Made by a program: the position numbers and the translations under genes. The notes below the pieces were generated by a model, which was not told the origin of the DNA, searched no databases, and was given only the letters and a program-made list of their open reading frames with translations. From positions 1,772 to 65,771 of the forward strand of contig JAITEL010000105.1 of assembly GCA_031282065.1 (NCBI GenBank): a stretch of DNA of 64,000 bases. Direction: 5' to 3'. The stretch comes from Treponema sp. Its GTDB lineage: Bacteria > Spirochaetota > Spirochaetia > Treponematales > Breznakiellaceae. This document shows positions 37,809-46,637 of this stretch, one piece after another (position 1 is the stretch's first letter; the number at the start of each line of letters is the position of its first letter).

Positions 37809-39833
37809 TTATTCGGTCCGGTATTGCTCAATAGCCTTCTGTAATCCCGTAGACATGGTGTTTAAGGTATCCGCTATTTTCGAGGTTGAGACGGTAGCCA
37901 CCACAAATTGCTGTACCCCCGCGGATATTTCCTTGAGGGCCTCAAAGATCTGAGCGGAGGCATATTCCTGCTGTTTACTCAAATTGGAAATTTGCTGGGA
38001 TCGGGTCGCCACATTCTGCGCGGTTTCCACAATCGCTTCAAACACCGCTTTTTGGGCGCTCATGTGGTCATACCCTTGCTCGATCTTTTTTGAGCCGTTA
38101 AAGGCTTCGGTGATTAAGGTCTGGGATGCGCTTTGCACCTCTTCGATTTTAAGCTTGATGCCCCGGGTGGAATCCACCACATTATCGGCAAAACGCCTGA
38201 TTTCGCTGGCCACCACCGAGAAGCGGGCCCCGCTCTCCCCTGAAGAAGACGCCTCCAAGGACGCGTTAAAGGCAATGAGCTTCGTCTGATCCGCAATGCC
38301 GTCGATGATTCGGATGGCATCATTGATATGCTTGATCATATCCACCAGGTTTTTAATCTCATAAATAATCTTGGAATTCTGGTTTTGGATATCCTCCATC
38401 ATCTGCTCATTGGCATCCCGTAGGTCCGCTCCTTTTTGGCTGAGCCCTTGGGTCTCTATGGCCAGGTGGGCCACTTCTTCGGTCTTGGCAGCCATCTGTT
38501 CGGAAAGGTTCTTGCTCCCCTCCATAGTGCTGACAATCTCGGAGACACTGGCCGACTGTTCATTGGCGGTGGTGCTAATCTCTTTGGCAGAGGTAGCCAT
38601 ATCTTCACCCATATCCGATAGGGAAAGGGCCTTCTCCTTGAGACCCATGATAAGTTCCCGTATTTTATCCAGGGTGGCATTAAAGGAAGTGGTCATATCC
38701 CCAATTTCATCGTTACTGTGAATATCCAGATGCTTGGTCATGTCCCCTTCCCGGATATCCCCTAAAATAGCCGCCATGTGATTGATGGGTTTGCTGATGG
38801 AACGGGTTATGATAAAGGCCCCCGCGGCTACCAGGAGTATCATCACCACGATAATGATGATGCTCACCAAGAGCATCCGGTATACCGGCATGACGATAAT
38901 ACGGGTGGGGATACCTATCATCAAGGTCCAGGGACGTTCGGTCTCTCCCACCGTGAAAGGGCCGCAGTAGAACTGCATATTCGTCTGTAACGCGGGCACA
39001 TAATTGGTAAAGGAAAACGCCTTGCCCTGGTGTACCGCTGCCATAAGTTCCGGCAAATAGGGGCCGGCAATATCTGCTTCGGTCTCCTGCATGGATTTCC
39101 CCAGCCGGGATTCATCAAAATGAGCGCTCACCACGCCGCCATTGCTGAAGAGCATGGCCACACTGCCCTCATAGGGCTGTATTTGCTGGATCTGAGCCTG
39201 GATATTCGCTATATCAATATCAATGATCGCAGCCCCTATAAACCGGTCATCCTGTTTAATCGGCACAGTTACCGTGGTGACGAGGCGGTTCTCCCCATGA
39301 ATAAGGTACCAATAGGGGTCCATCAGGGATTCCCTGCCGGTTTGTTTTGCGATGAGGTAATAATCCCCCTCTCCGGGGGTTTCATAATTCAGCAAAGGTT
39401 CCAGCTGGATACCCGCTTGGGTTCGCACCAGGTAGGGGATGAATCTGCCGGTATTATCGCTTCCTGGGGTATTGCGATACCGGTCATCCTGGCCGTCCAG
39501 AAGGTTCGGTTCCCATGCAACCGAGGCAGCGGTCATGTCCGTGTTTCCTTCAAGTATTCCCCTCAGCATGGCCAGAAAATAGCGGCGGCGATCGAGCCGA
39601 TCTACCTGCTCATACTGGGACATCATCTTTGACAAAGCCCGGGCGGTATGCACATGTGAGGCAAACCATACCCGAACTCGCAGGGAATTCTCTTCTACCA
39701 GGTTCGTGATTTCGCTCTTTATCAAGGCGGTAATCTGGTGCTGCGAAATCTGAAGCAAGGTAAAGACCAAAATACCGATTCCTAAGAGGTTCAAACTGAT
39801 GATGATCATCATAAGCTTAGTACCGATTTTCAT
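37809..39833 (-). CDS. methyl-accepting chemotaxis protein, Cache-type periplasmic domain plus HAMP
   Basis: Two TM segments flank a periplasmic domain of about 280 aa. HAMP (ISKPINHMAAILGDIREGDMTKHL). MCP hairpin LIAFNASLEASSSGESGARFSVVASEIRRFA. Confidence 0.9.
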   Translation of the reverse strand: MKIGTKLMMIIISLNLLGIGILVFTLLQISQHQITALIKSEITNLVEENSLRVRVWFASHVHTARALSKMMSQYEQVDRLDRRRYFLAMLRGILEGNTDMTAASVAWEPNLLDGQDDRYRNTPGSDNTGRFIPYLVRTQAGIQLEPLLNYETPGEGDYYLIAKQTGRESLMDPYWYLIHGENRLVTTVTVPIKQDDRFIGAAIIDIDIANIQAQIQQIQPYEGSVAMLFSNGGVVSAHFDESRLGKSMQETEADIAGPYLPELMAAVHQGKAFSFTNYVPALQTNMQFYCGPFTVGETERPWTLMIGIPTRIIVMPVYRMLLVSIIIIVVMILLVAAGAFIITRSISKPINHMAAILGDIREGDMTKHLDIHSNDEIGDMTTSFNATLDKIRELIMGLKEKALSLSDMGEDMATSAKEISTTANEQSASVSEIVSTMEGSKNLSEQMAAKTEEVAHLAIETQGLSQKGADLRDANEQMMEDIQNQNSKIIYEIKNLVDMIKHINDAIRIIDGIADQTKLIAFNASLEASSSGESGARFSVVASEIRRFADNVVDSTRGIKLKIEEVQSASQTLITEAFNGSKKIEQGYDHMSAQKAVFEAIVETAQNVATRSQQISNLSKQQEYASAQIFEALKEISAGVQQFVVATVSTSKIADTLNTMSTGLQKAIEQYRTE

Positions 39834-39884
39834 ATGCTACTCCTTATCATCTTTGAAGGGTTCCAATCGCCCTGTTCAAGGTGT

Positions 39885-39902
39885 TTGAACCGCCCTGTTC
39901 AA
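39885..39902. promoter_or_regulatory. inverted repeat TTGAAC-N6-GTTCAA inside the cheR / MCP intergenic gap
   Basis: ttgaaccgccctgttcaa, read directly. It is flanked by two copies of tttgaagggttccaa, two copies of cgccctgttcaa, and the 12-bp palindrome gtgcttaagcac. Confidence 0.3.
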
Positions 39903-39965
39903 AGTGCTTTAAGCACCCGGTTTGAAGGGTTCCAACACAGGCTTAGAATCTCTCTATAACTACAC

Positions 39966-41552
39966 CTACCGGTGTTCATGATGCTTACGTAAGCCCTGGG
40001 TTCGTTGCTGCTCCAAGGCCCGCTGATAATAATCCGGTGAAAATCCTCCAATAAACACTTCATACCCCCGTTCCTTACCTTGCGCAATGCTTTCTAAGGC
40101 TTGGTTGATTTTGTATACATACCGGAGCGGGTTTCCCGGTGCAGCCAGGGAGCTCAGACGGTAAAAAGCAGGCCAAAAGGTTTTGTCTTGCTGGATCGCC
40201 ATTTTATAGGAAGATTCCGCATCCACGGCTTTGGTTTTAAGGTAAAAATATTCCCCCCGGAGAAAATGCGTATACGCTGACGTATCGTACCGCTCAATAA
40301 ATGCCAGCAGACGATCGGCCCTGCAAAAATCCCCTTGATTGATCAACACGATAACCGCTGTGATAAGTTCATTACCCATACAGACCAGCCCCTCAAAGCT
40401 ATCCTGGGGGGTCCTCTTTACGTTCTTTTCTTCCTCATTATCATGGTTATTCCCCGGTTCATCAAGGGTAGGCCCGCAGCCGTCCCTTTCAGCGGGTACT
40501 GCTGAAAGGAATGCCAGGGTTTTTTCAGTGATACGCCGGGCTGCCGGATCATCGGCGATCAGTTCTGCAATACAAAGGGGTTCTATGGTAAGCCCTTTTT
40601 TCCAGGACCGTAGCTGCTGGGGCTTGGGTACTACCCGAAGGCTCCCCGTCTCCTGCGGAACCTTCTGGGACTTCACCGCTTCTTCAGCCCGTTTCTGAAA
40701 GTAAAAGGCATCTTCTTTGAAACAATGAGCCAGCAGGGGATGCACTATTCCGGCAGTTTCGGATATGCCCACCATGAGGTACCCCTGTGGGATAAGCGCA
40801 TCCGCCAGGATAGTCATAACCTTGCTACGGCTTTCATCAGAGAAATAGATGGAGACATTCCTGAAAAAAATCAGATCATAGGATAGGGGAGAAAGGCCGT
40901 CCATAATATTATGCAGATAAAAACGAATGTGGTCTCTCAGCCGGGGATCAACCCGATACTTCCCCCCGATAACTGATACATACCGGTCCAGGAGAAACTT
41001 CCATTGAGTCCCATCCTCTCGAAAGGCATTGGCCCTGTAGTACCCCCTGCCGGCCGTCTCAATCACATCCTGGTCTATATCAAAGGCATCGATCTCCCAG
41101 GAAAAGGAGCTGGGCCCTGAGAGCTGCTTATAATAGTCCAGCACCATGGCAATACTGTAGGCCTCGCAGCCTATAGAAGTCGCGGCAGAACAGATCCGCA
41201 CAGGACGGCCTAAGGTGGAAAGCCTGGGCAAGAGTTCTTTAAGTAACACGGAAAAATGTACCTGCTCCCTGAAAAAATACGTTTCATTCACCGTAAGCAA
41301 GCGGGCCAGATCAAAGAGGGCTTCAGGAGAGGAAAAAATACACCCATACCTTTCCCGGTCCCCGGACAGTCCAGGAAGGGCTTCATGCTGAGCTGCCCGG
41401 TTGGGGATCTGCTTGAGATAGTTCCTCAAATGCACCAGAGCCTCAGGGCTTGCCCGAATCCCCAGGGTATGCTCCACCTGCTCATAAAGCTGGCATAGAA
41501 GCGGATCATCGAACTGAGCTTCCTTCATATAAACCGGGGATCCCCTTTCCAT
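39966..41552 (-). CDS. cheR: chemotaxis protein methyltransferase CheR with C-terminal TPR-like domain
   Basis: TYFFREQVHF, RICSAATSIGCEAYSIAM and IFFRNVSIYF blocks, followed by a helical-repeat C-terminus of about 150 aa. Confidence 0.85.
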   Translation of the reverse strand: MERGSPVYMKEAQFDDPLLCQLYEQVEHTLGIRASPEALVHLRNYLKQIPNRAAQHEALPGLSGDRERYGCIFSSPEALFDLARLLTVNETYFFREQVHFSVLLKELLPRLSTLGRPVRICSAATSIGCEAYSIAMVLDYYKQLSGPSSFSWEIDAFDIDQDVIETAGRGYYRANAFREDGTQWKFLLDRYVSVIGGKYRVDPRLRDHIRFYLHNIMDGLSPLSYDLIFFRNVSIYFSDESRSKVMTILADALIPQGYLMVGISETAGIVHPLLAHCFKEDAFYFQKRAEEAVKSQKVPQETGSLRVVPKPQQLRSWKKGLTIEPLCIAELIADDPAARRITEKTLAFLSAVPAERDGCGPTLDEPGNNHDNEEEKNVKRTPQDSFEGLVCMGNELITAVIVLINQGDFCRADRLLAFIERYDTSAYTHFLRGEYFYLKTKAVDAESSYKMAIQQDKTFWPAFYRLSSLAAPGNPLRYVYKINQALESIAQGKERGYEVFIGGFSPDYYQRALEQQRTQGLRKHHEHR

Positions 41553-41555
41553 ATC

Positions 41556-42578
41556 CTATAGTCCTCCTTGAGGCATGGTTAAGGCGATAAGCCATTTGGC
41601 TATATCGCTCAGGGGCAAAATCATATCCACACACCCGGTTTCTATGGCTGATTTCGGCATACCGTAAATCAAGGAGCTCTCTTCGTTCTGGGCAATGGTA
41701 ATGCCCCCGGCTTTTCGGACGGCCTCGGTACCTGCAGCCCCATCCCTCCCCATACCGGTGAGGACCACCGAGATTACCCCCCGGCCAAAGACCCCGGCAG
41801 CGCTCTGAAACAGCCTATCCACGGCAGGTTTCTGGTTTTGGACCGGCTCACCGTCTTCGAGGATCAGATATTTACCGGTCATAATAAGGTGTTTATCCGT
41901 AGGGGCAATATAGATCGTTCCTGCATGGAACACCGCTTCATGCTCCGCAAGCTCTACCTCCAGGGCTGTGTATCGCCGTATCCATTGTACAAACCCTCTA
42001 TCGAACCCTGAGGAATTATGCTGTACCGTTACAATCGGCACCGGGAAATTTTTGGGAATCCCCGCAAATACCTCCATGAGGGCCTTAGGGCCGCCGGTAG
42101 AAGCCCCGATGACCACTCCGCGAATGGGACGGTATACTAGCTTTCCCTGAGATGACCCGTAAGTAGGATCAGGGCCTCTGTGTTTTTTGCGCTTGATCCC
42201 CGAAATACGGTTGAGCGTTTCATAAATATCCTGGCGTTGTGAGTGACTCATGGATGGGGTGAAAATATGCTTAGGATAAAATTCGAGGGCGCCCTTTACC
42301 GTGGCTTCATAGACTATCTTGGCACTGTCTTGAGAGCTGATTACCACAATCGGGGTTGGTATATCCCGCATGATGATGCTGATGGCCTCAAGTCCTGACA
42401 TACCAGGCATATCGAGATCCATAGTAATCAGGTCTGGGTTCAGGGACCGGGTTTGCTGCACCCCTTCAAAGCCATTCCCTGCTTCGCCAATGACGGTAAA
42501 CCGTTTATCCCTTTCAAAAAAATCCTTGAGAAAGCTTCGGGTCAAGGGATTATCATCTACCACGAGGACACTAATCAT
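41556..42578 (-). CDS. cheB: protein-glutamate methylesterase CheB (REC plus methylesterase)
   Basis: REC (VLVVDDN, ITMDLDMPGMSG) and the esterase domain (GASTGGPKAL, VQHNSSGF, GMGRDGA). Confidence 0.9.
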   Translation of the reverse strand: MISVLVVDDNPLTRSFLKDFFERDKRFTVIGEAGNGFEGVQQTRSLNPDLITMDLDMPGMSGLEAISIIMRDIPTPIVVISSQDSAKIVYEATVKGALEFYPKHIFTPSMSHSQRQDIYETLNRISGIKRKKHRGPDPTYGSSQGKLVYRPIRGVVIGASTGGPKALMEVFAGIPKNFPVPIVTVQHNSSGFDRGFVQWIRRYTALEVELAEHEAVFHAGTIYIAPTDKHLIMTGKYLILEDGEPVQNQKPAVDRLFQSAAGVFGRGVISVVLTGMGRDGAAGTEAVRKAGGITIAQNEESSLIYGMPKSAIETGCVDMILPLSDIAKWLIALTMPQGGL

Positions 42579-43063
42579 AATCCCCGGTCCCTGTGCCTCA
42601 AGAATTGGGAAACCAGCAAAACCGGGTCAATGAAGGCCGTCATCCTCATACCGGTAAAGGATACGCCTTTCAGAAAGGGTAGTCTTCCCGGAAGCCCGAT
42701 GAAGGCGGGAAGTTCCCGGATTGCTTCAGGGGGAATATCCGCTTCCGTTTCTACCGCGGTGGTAACCAGCACCACACGAGGGGCCTCAAGCCCGGTATAT
42801 TCCCGCAGTGCCCCGACCGACGTCTCCGGGTAGGCGAGCGGTTTCAAGCAAATCCCGTGGGGAGCGGGCACAGCTGCTCTGCAGAAAAACCGGGGGAGTG
42901 AGAGAAACACCGCTCCCTTATCTGGCTTGGTCTCTATCAGCGCATGAATATCCGGGAAGACCTGTATGATCTCTGCTACACACTCCGAAGGAAACCCTAA
43001 GAAGATACCCTCAAAGGTGCATAAAAAATTTCTCATATATCCTAGAGCATCCTCATGCCTCAA
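42575..43063 (-). CDS. divergent CheW-like coupling protein
   Basis: Size, position and the pattern FLCTFEGIFLGFPSECVAEIIQV resemble a degenerate CheW domain. It overlaps the cheB start (ATGA) and the cheW end. Confidence 0.5.
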   Translation of the reverse strand: MRHEDALGYMRNFLCTFEGIFLGFPSECVAEIIQVFPDIHALIETKPDKGAVFLSLPRFFCRAAVPAPHGICLKPLAYPETSVGALREYTGLEAPRVVLVTTAVETEADIPPEAIRELPAFIGLPGRLPFLKGVSFTGMRMTAFIDPVLLVSQFLRHRDRGL

Positions 43064-43529
43064 AATCCTTCTTTATCCGGTTAATAATCTCTCGAATACT
43101 CAGAATAAATACATCTCTCTGGTGCCATTCAAAAGAGGCATCAATAACCGCAGTAGTATCCTGGTTTTCCGTACCCTGTTCAACCTTCAATATGTTCCCC
43201 ACCGGTACATCCACAATATCCACCACATCGTCAATCATAAAGGCCAATTTATCCACCGATTCTTTTAGTACCACTACTTTGGACAAGGTCGAGGGAGTCT
43301 TGAGCATGAACAATCCCAGGTCAATGAGCGCATAGGGTACGGAATAGCGGTTAATAATACCCTTTACATACTCAGGTAGCAAGGGTAGAGGATAGGCTTT
43401 ATCATAAGCTGCCACTTCATTTATCATACGGGAGGGAAGGGTGTACAATCTTTCCTGTATGGTAAAGATAAGGAATTTCTCCATGCTGGCTCCGTTGGCT
43501 TGTTGTAAAGTGGTCGTATCGTTCATCAT
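43053..43529 (-). CDS. cheW: chemotaxis coupling protein CheW
   Basis: FLIFTIQERLYTLPSRMINEV...PEYVKGIINRYSVPYALIDL is a typical CheW domain. It is the first gene of the operon. Confidence 0.8.
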   Translation of the reverse strand: MMNDTTTLQQANGASMEKFLIFTIQERLYTLPSRMINEVAAYDKAYPLPLLPEYVKGIINRYSVPYALIDLGLFMLKTPSTLSKVVVLKESVDKLAFMIDDVVDIVDVPVGNILKVEQGTENQDTTAVIDASFEWHQRDVFILSIREIINRIKKDFEA

Positions 43530-43702
43530 TCCATTTCCTTAGTGTTCAAGAGTACCTTCCGCTGCTTCTTTTTGCATGTCCCTTGACGATTAATCAAGAA
43601 ACCGGTACCCTATACAATATAATAATTAAGTAACCTGAGCTAGTTTCAAAATTTGGTATTTTGAAGTAGCCTCATCTATAGGTAGGGGTAGAGGAGTATA
43701 CT

Positions 43703-43855
43703 ATGGCTGAAGTAGCTTGCGAGAATTGCGGAAAAACTATTTTAGAAGAAAACGTCAGATATGGAGATTGTAAGCAATGTTCACTCTGCGATGATTGTGT
43801 AACGAATTGGATTGCTCAAGATTGTAAAGCCTGTAAAGATAGAAAAGAGGAGTAA
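43703..43855 (+). CDS. 50-aa Cys8 zinc-ribbon/RING-like mini-protein (not in the ORF track, below the size cut-off)
   Basis: GAGGAG lies 6 nt upstream of the ATG. Translation: MAEVACENCGKTILEENVRYGDCKQCSLCDDCVTNWIAQDCKACKDRKEE. Four CxxC pairs. AT-rich intergenic setting. Confidence 0.35.
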   Translation: MAEVACENCGKTILEENVRYGDCKQCSLCDDCVTNWIAQDCKACKDRKEE

Positions 43856-44005
43856 TATCTCTCCCCGGGCTATTTTTCCGTGCGAGCCTAGTTTTATATA
43901 CAACAACTTAAAGCACAATAGTTCATTCTAGAAAGTCTTAGTATCAAGATGATCCTTCCGGGTCCCATAGTCCCGGAAGCAAGTTGTTTATATTCACGGT
44001 GCCCC

Positions 44006-44785
44006 CTAGGGTTCTTCCCGAATCAAGGCCTCCCGGAAGCCCGCGGTACCTAGTTTTTCCGCTACGAGTTGGACGTCATCTGCATTGATCCCGGCAAGTA
44101 CAACCCTGTAGTAGTCGCCGTTTCTTTCATAGGCAGGATTGAGACCGGTGCTCTTCAGTTTATCAAATGCATCCATAGCATTCCGGACGATTTTATACGC
44201 TCCAACCTGAATACGGTACCGCTTACCGGTTCCTGCAAGAGGTATACTTGGTTTAATCTCCGCGGCGATAGAGCCTGAGCGGTTTGGCGCATAGGAAGGA
44301 GGAGGAAGAAGATTCTCACTCGGCGTACTGGTATTTTGAGGACTCGATGCTATGCTTGGTGTGCTAGAACTCGGTAAAACAGAAGAGGACGCAGATGCCA
44401 CCGCAGAAGAGGGGATCCTCTCTTCTATGATCACCGGAGCAGTGCCAGTGATCAGCATGTCTAACTGTTCCGCGGCTGCTTTGGAAACATCAATGATCCG
44501 GACCGGCTTAGAAGGCCCCCGGTCATTAACCCGTACAATCACTTGCTTATTATTCTGGGTATTGGTAACGGTAAGGATAGTACCAAACGGTAGGCTCGGA
44601 TGGGCAGCGGTGAATTTCGTCGAATCATACTTTTCTCCTGATGCCGTATTCAGACCGTCGTATTCATCCCCGTAATAAGATGCAATCCCTTCCTGCCGGA
44701 ACCCGCTCGTAGCGGGTTGAGTCTGGCCTATACAGACGAGGACAAACCCCAAACCGGTTATCATTATTGCAATAATTCGTTTCAT
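44006..44785 (-). CDS. rlpA: septal ring lytic transglycosylase RlpA family protein (DPBB plus SPOR)
   Basis: GIASYYGDEYDGLNTASGEKYD...AAHPSLPFGTILTVTN...VRVNDRGP. Ser-rich linker. C-terminal SPOR-like YRIQVGAYKIVRNAMDAF. Confidence 0.85.
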   Translation of the reverse strand: MKRIIAIMITGLGFVLVCIGQTQPATSGFRQEGIASYYGDEYDGLNTASGEKYDSTKFTAAHPSLPFGTILTVTNTQNNKQVIVRVNDRGPSKPVRIIDVSKAAAEQLDMLITGTAPVIIEERIPSSAVASASSSVLPSSSTPSIASSPQNTSTPSENLLPPPSYAPNRSGSIAAEIKPSIPLAGTGKRYRIQVGAYKIVRNAMDAFDKLKSTGLNPAYERNGDYYRVVLAGINADDVQLVAEKLGTAGFREALIREEP

Positions 44786-44892
44786 ATATTTATTCTATCG
44801 GCAAGGAATGATAAATCAATGACTAAATTTCATATCCTTCACCTATAATAGGGGTTCTGTTGTCCCATCTCCCTACCGATCCACCCCACACT

Positions 44893-45693
44893 TTACCCCT
44901 GATACAAGGCATGGAGGAACAGGGTCGTTGCCTGGGCCACATTAAGGCTCTCCAAGACGCCGGTTCCTGGAATACGGACCAGGACCGAACAGAGGTCTTT
45001 CACCTCCTTGGGGAGGCCGGTCTCTTCATTACCCACCACCAAGACTATGCTAGGCCGCAGGACTCCCCTGAGCTTTGCCCCGGAGGCTTTGAGTGCCTGC
45101 ATGCGGTCCTGGATGATGGTATCCAGATCCTGGATCCGCTGCCGAGCTCTGAGATCCGTCCCTATGATGATGAGGAACTTGGAGGCAGCCTTGAGAAACC
45201 CCAGGGTATCCTGCACATGCCTGAATGCCACATGTTCCATCCCTCCCTCGGCAACCCGGTAGGCGCTGGTACTCACCAGGGCATCTGGGGAGGTTCCGGA
45301 AAGTACGATAAAATGGGCCTCAAAAAAGGCCGCGGACCTGACTATGGCCCCTAGATTATGAGCATTCCCCAGGTCATGGAGGACCAGGCCGGTTTTACCC
45401 TCCCCGGCCCAAATAGCTAAGTCCTCTCTATGGACCGCAGGTATCTGGGGTTCCTCGATCATGGCCACCACCCCCTGATGATGCTTACTCTTGCAGATCC
45501 GTTCCAGTTCTTCGTTATCGCAGATCTTATAGGGCCGTTTTCGCTGGGCCAGTTGCTTACATATCGGGGTAAATGCCGGAAGCCGATCCTCCCGGAGAAA
45601 AAGCCTATTGATGGTTTTCGGGTGCACTGACCCAAGGGCTGATACGGCGTTAAAACCGCAGACAGCTAATTCTTTGGTAAGGTTATTACGCAT
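44893..45693 (-). CDS. TrmH/SpoU family RNA 2'-O-methyltransferase
   Basis: NAHNLGAIVRSAAFF, VVGNEETGL and IPGTGVLESLNVAQA motifs. Confidence 0.8.
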   Translation of the reverse strand: MRNNLTKELAVCGFNAVSALGSVHPKTINRLFLREDRLPAFTPICKQLAQRKRPYKICDNEELERICKSKHHQGVVAMIEEPQIPAVHREDLAIWAGEGKTGLVLHDLGNAHNLGAIVRSAAFFEAHFIVLSGTSPDALVSTSAYRVAEGGMEHVAFRHVQDTLGFLKAASKFLIIIGTDLRARQRIQDLDTIIQDRMQALKASGAKLRGVLRPSIVLVVGNEETGLPKEVKDLCSVLVRIPGTGVLESLNVAQATTLFLHALYQG

Positions 45694-45775
45694 AGGTGTA
45701 GTATACTTGCCTGTTTATTTCTCACAATACCTTCGTATACACCCTGCCTTTATCCTGCAAATTGCCATAAATGAG

Positions 45776-45804
45776 TTGACGGTAAAAAAAAGCTCTATTA
45801 TACT
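45776..45804 (+). promoter_or_regulatory. sigma70-like promoter TTGACG-17 nt-TATACT upstream of the tatD-like gene
   Basis: TTGACG at 45776-45781 and TATACT at 45799-45804, 50 nt upstream of ATG 45855. Confidence 0.35.
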
Positions 45805-45854
45805 TAGAGCAATTAGTTTAGAAAAACTATAATCATTTCTTTTGGACTTTAGCC

Positions 45855-46637
45855 ATGCAATATTTTGATACTCATGCCCATATAGGGCTCATTTGCGACG
45901 ACCCTATTGAACAGCTTATGGTTATTCAGGAAGCCCGTCAGGCTTCGGTGACGCGGCTGATTTCGATCTGTAACAGTCTGCATGATTTTGTGAGGGTCTA
46001 TGGGAACCTTAAATCCGCAATGAATGTGTATCATGCTGTAGGGGTTTCTCCTTCGGAAGTGCAGAATCCCGGTAAGGCTTGGGTGCAGACCATCGAACAA
46101 AGCCTACGCCTTCCCCGCGTGGTGGCTATCGGCGAAATAGGTCTGGATTATTACCGTAAATTCGGGGATAAGAAATCCCAAATAGAGCTTTTTATTACCC
46201 AGCTCGATCTGGCCAACAAGCTCAATAAGCCGGTGATCATCCATAACCGGGACGCAGGGCATGATGTGTTAGAGATACTCCGGGACCGGCTGCCTCCCAA
46301 AGGGGGCATTCTGCATTGCTATTCGGAGGATGCGGAATATGCCAAAAAGGCATTGAAGCTGAATCTCTATTTTTCCTTTGCGGGGAATTTAACGTACCGG
46401 AATGCGAGGAACCTTCATGAAACGATACCAGTGCTTCCCGTGGAACGGATCCTTATCGAGTCCGAGAGTCCCTTCATGGTGCCTGCGGATTATCGTGGCA
46501 AGCGGAATATGCCCAAGTATCTCCCCCTGACCGCCCGGTTTTTGGCGGATATGCTGGACATCGGGGATGAGGAACTGGCCGCTGCGCTCTGGGAGAATGC
46601 CAATAGGTTTTTCGGACTGCCTAACGAGTCAGGATGA
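45855..46637 (+). CDS. tatD: TatD family metal-dependent hydrolase
   Basis: MQYFDTHAHIG N-terminus, GEIGLDYY, IIHNRDA, ESESPF blocks. Confidence 0.9.
   Translation: MQYFDTHAHIGLICDDPIEQLMVIQEARQASVTRLISICNSLHDFVRVYGNLKSAMNVYHAVGVSPSEVQNPGKAWVQTIEQSLRLPRVVAIGEIGLDYYRKFGDKKSQIELFITQLDLANKLNKPVIIHNRDAGHDVLEILRDRLPPKGGILHCYSEDAEYAKKALKLNLYFSFAGNLTYRNARNLHETIPVLPVERILIESESPFMVPADYRGKRNMPKYLPLTARFLADMLDIGDEELAAALWENANRFFGLPNESG

Noticed and set aside
43583-43616. A sigma70 promoter (TTGACG ... TATACA) for the Cys8 mini-ORF
   Set aside because: The spacer would be 22 bp, too long for a credible call in an AT-rich region where hexamer look-alikes are frequent.
43530-43640. A sigma54 (-24 GG / -12 GC) or sigma28 promoter for the che operon
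   Set aside because: The best candidate on the minus strand (gggtaccggtttcttga) has the TTG element 2 nt out of register and lacks the GC dinucleotide. No TAAA-N15-GCCGATAA-like element was seen. The promoter is left unassigned.
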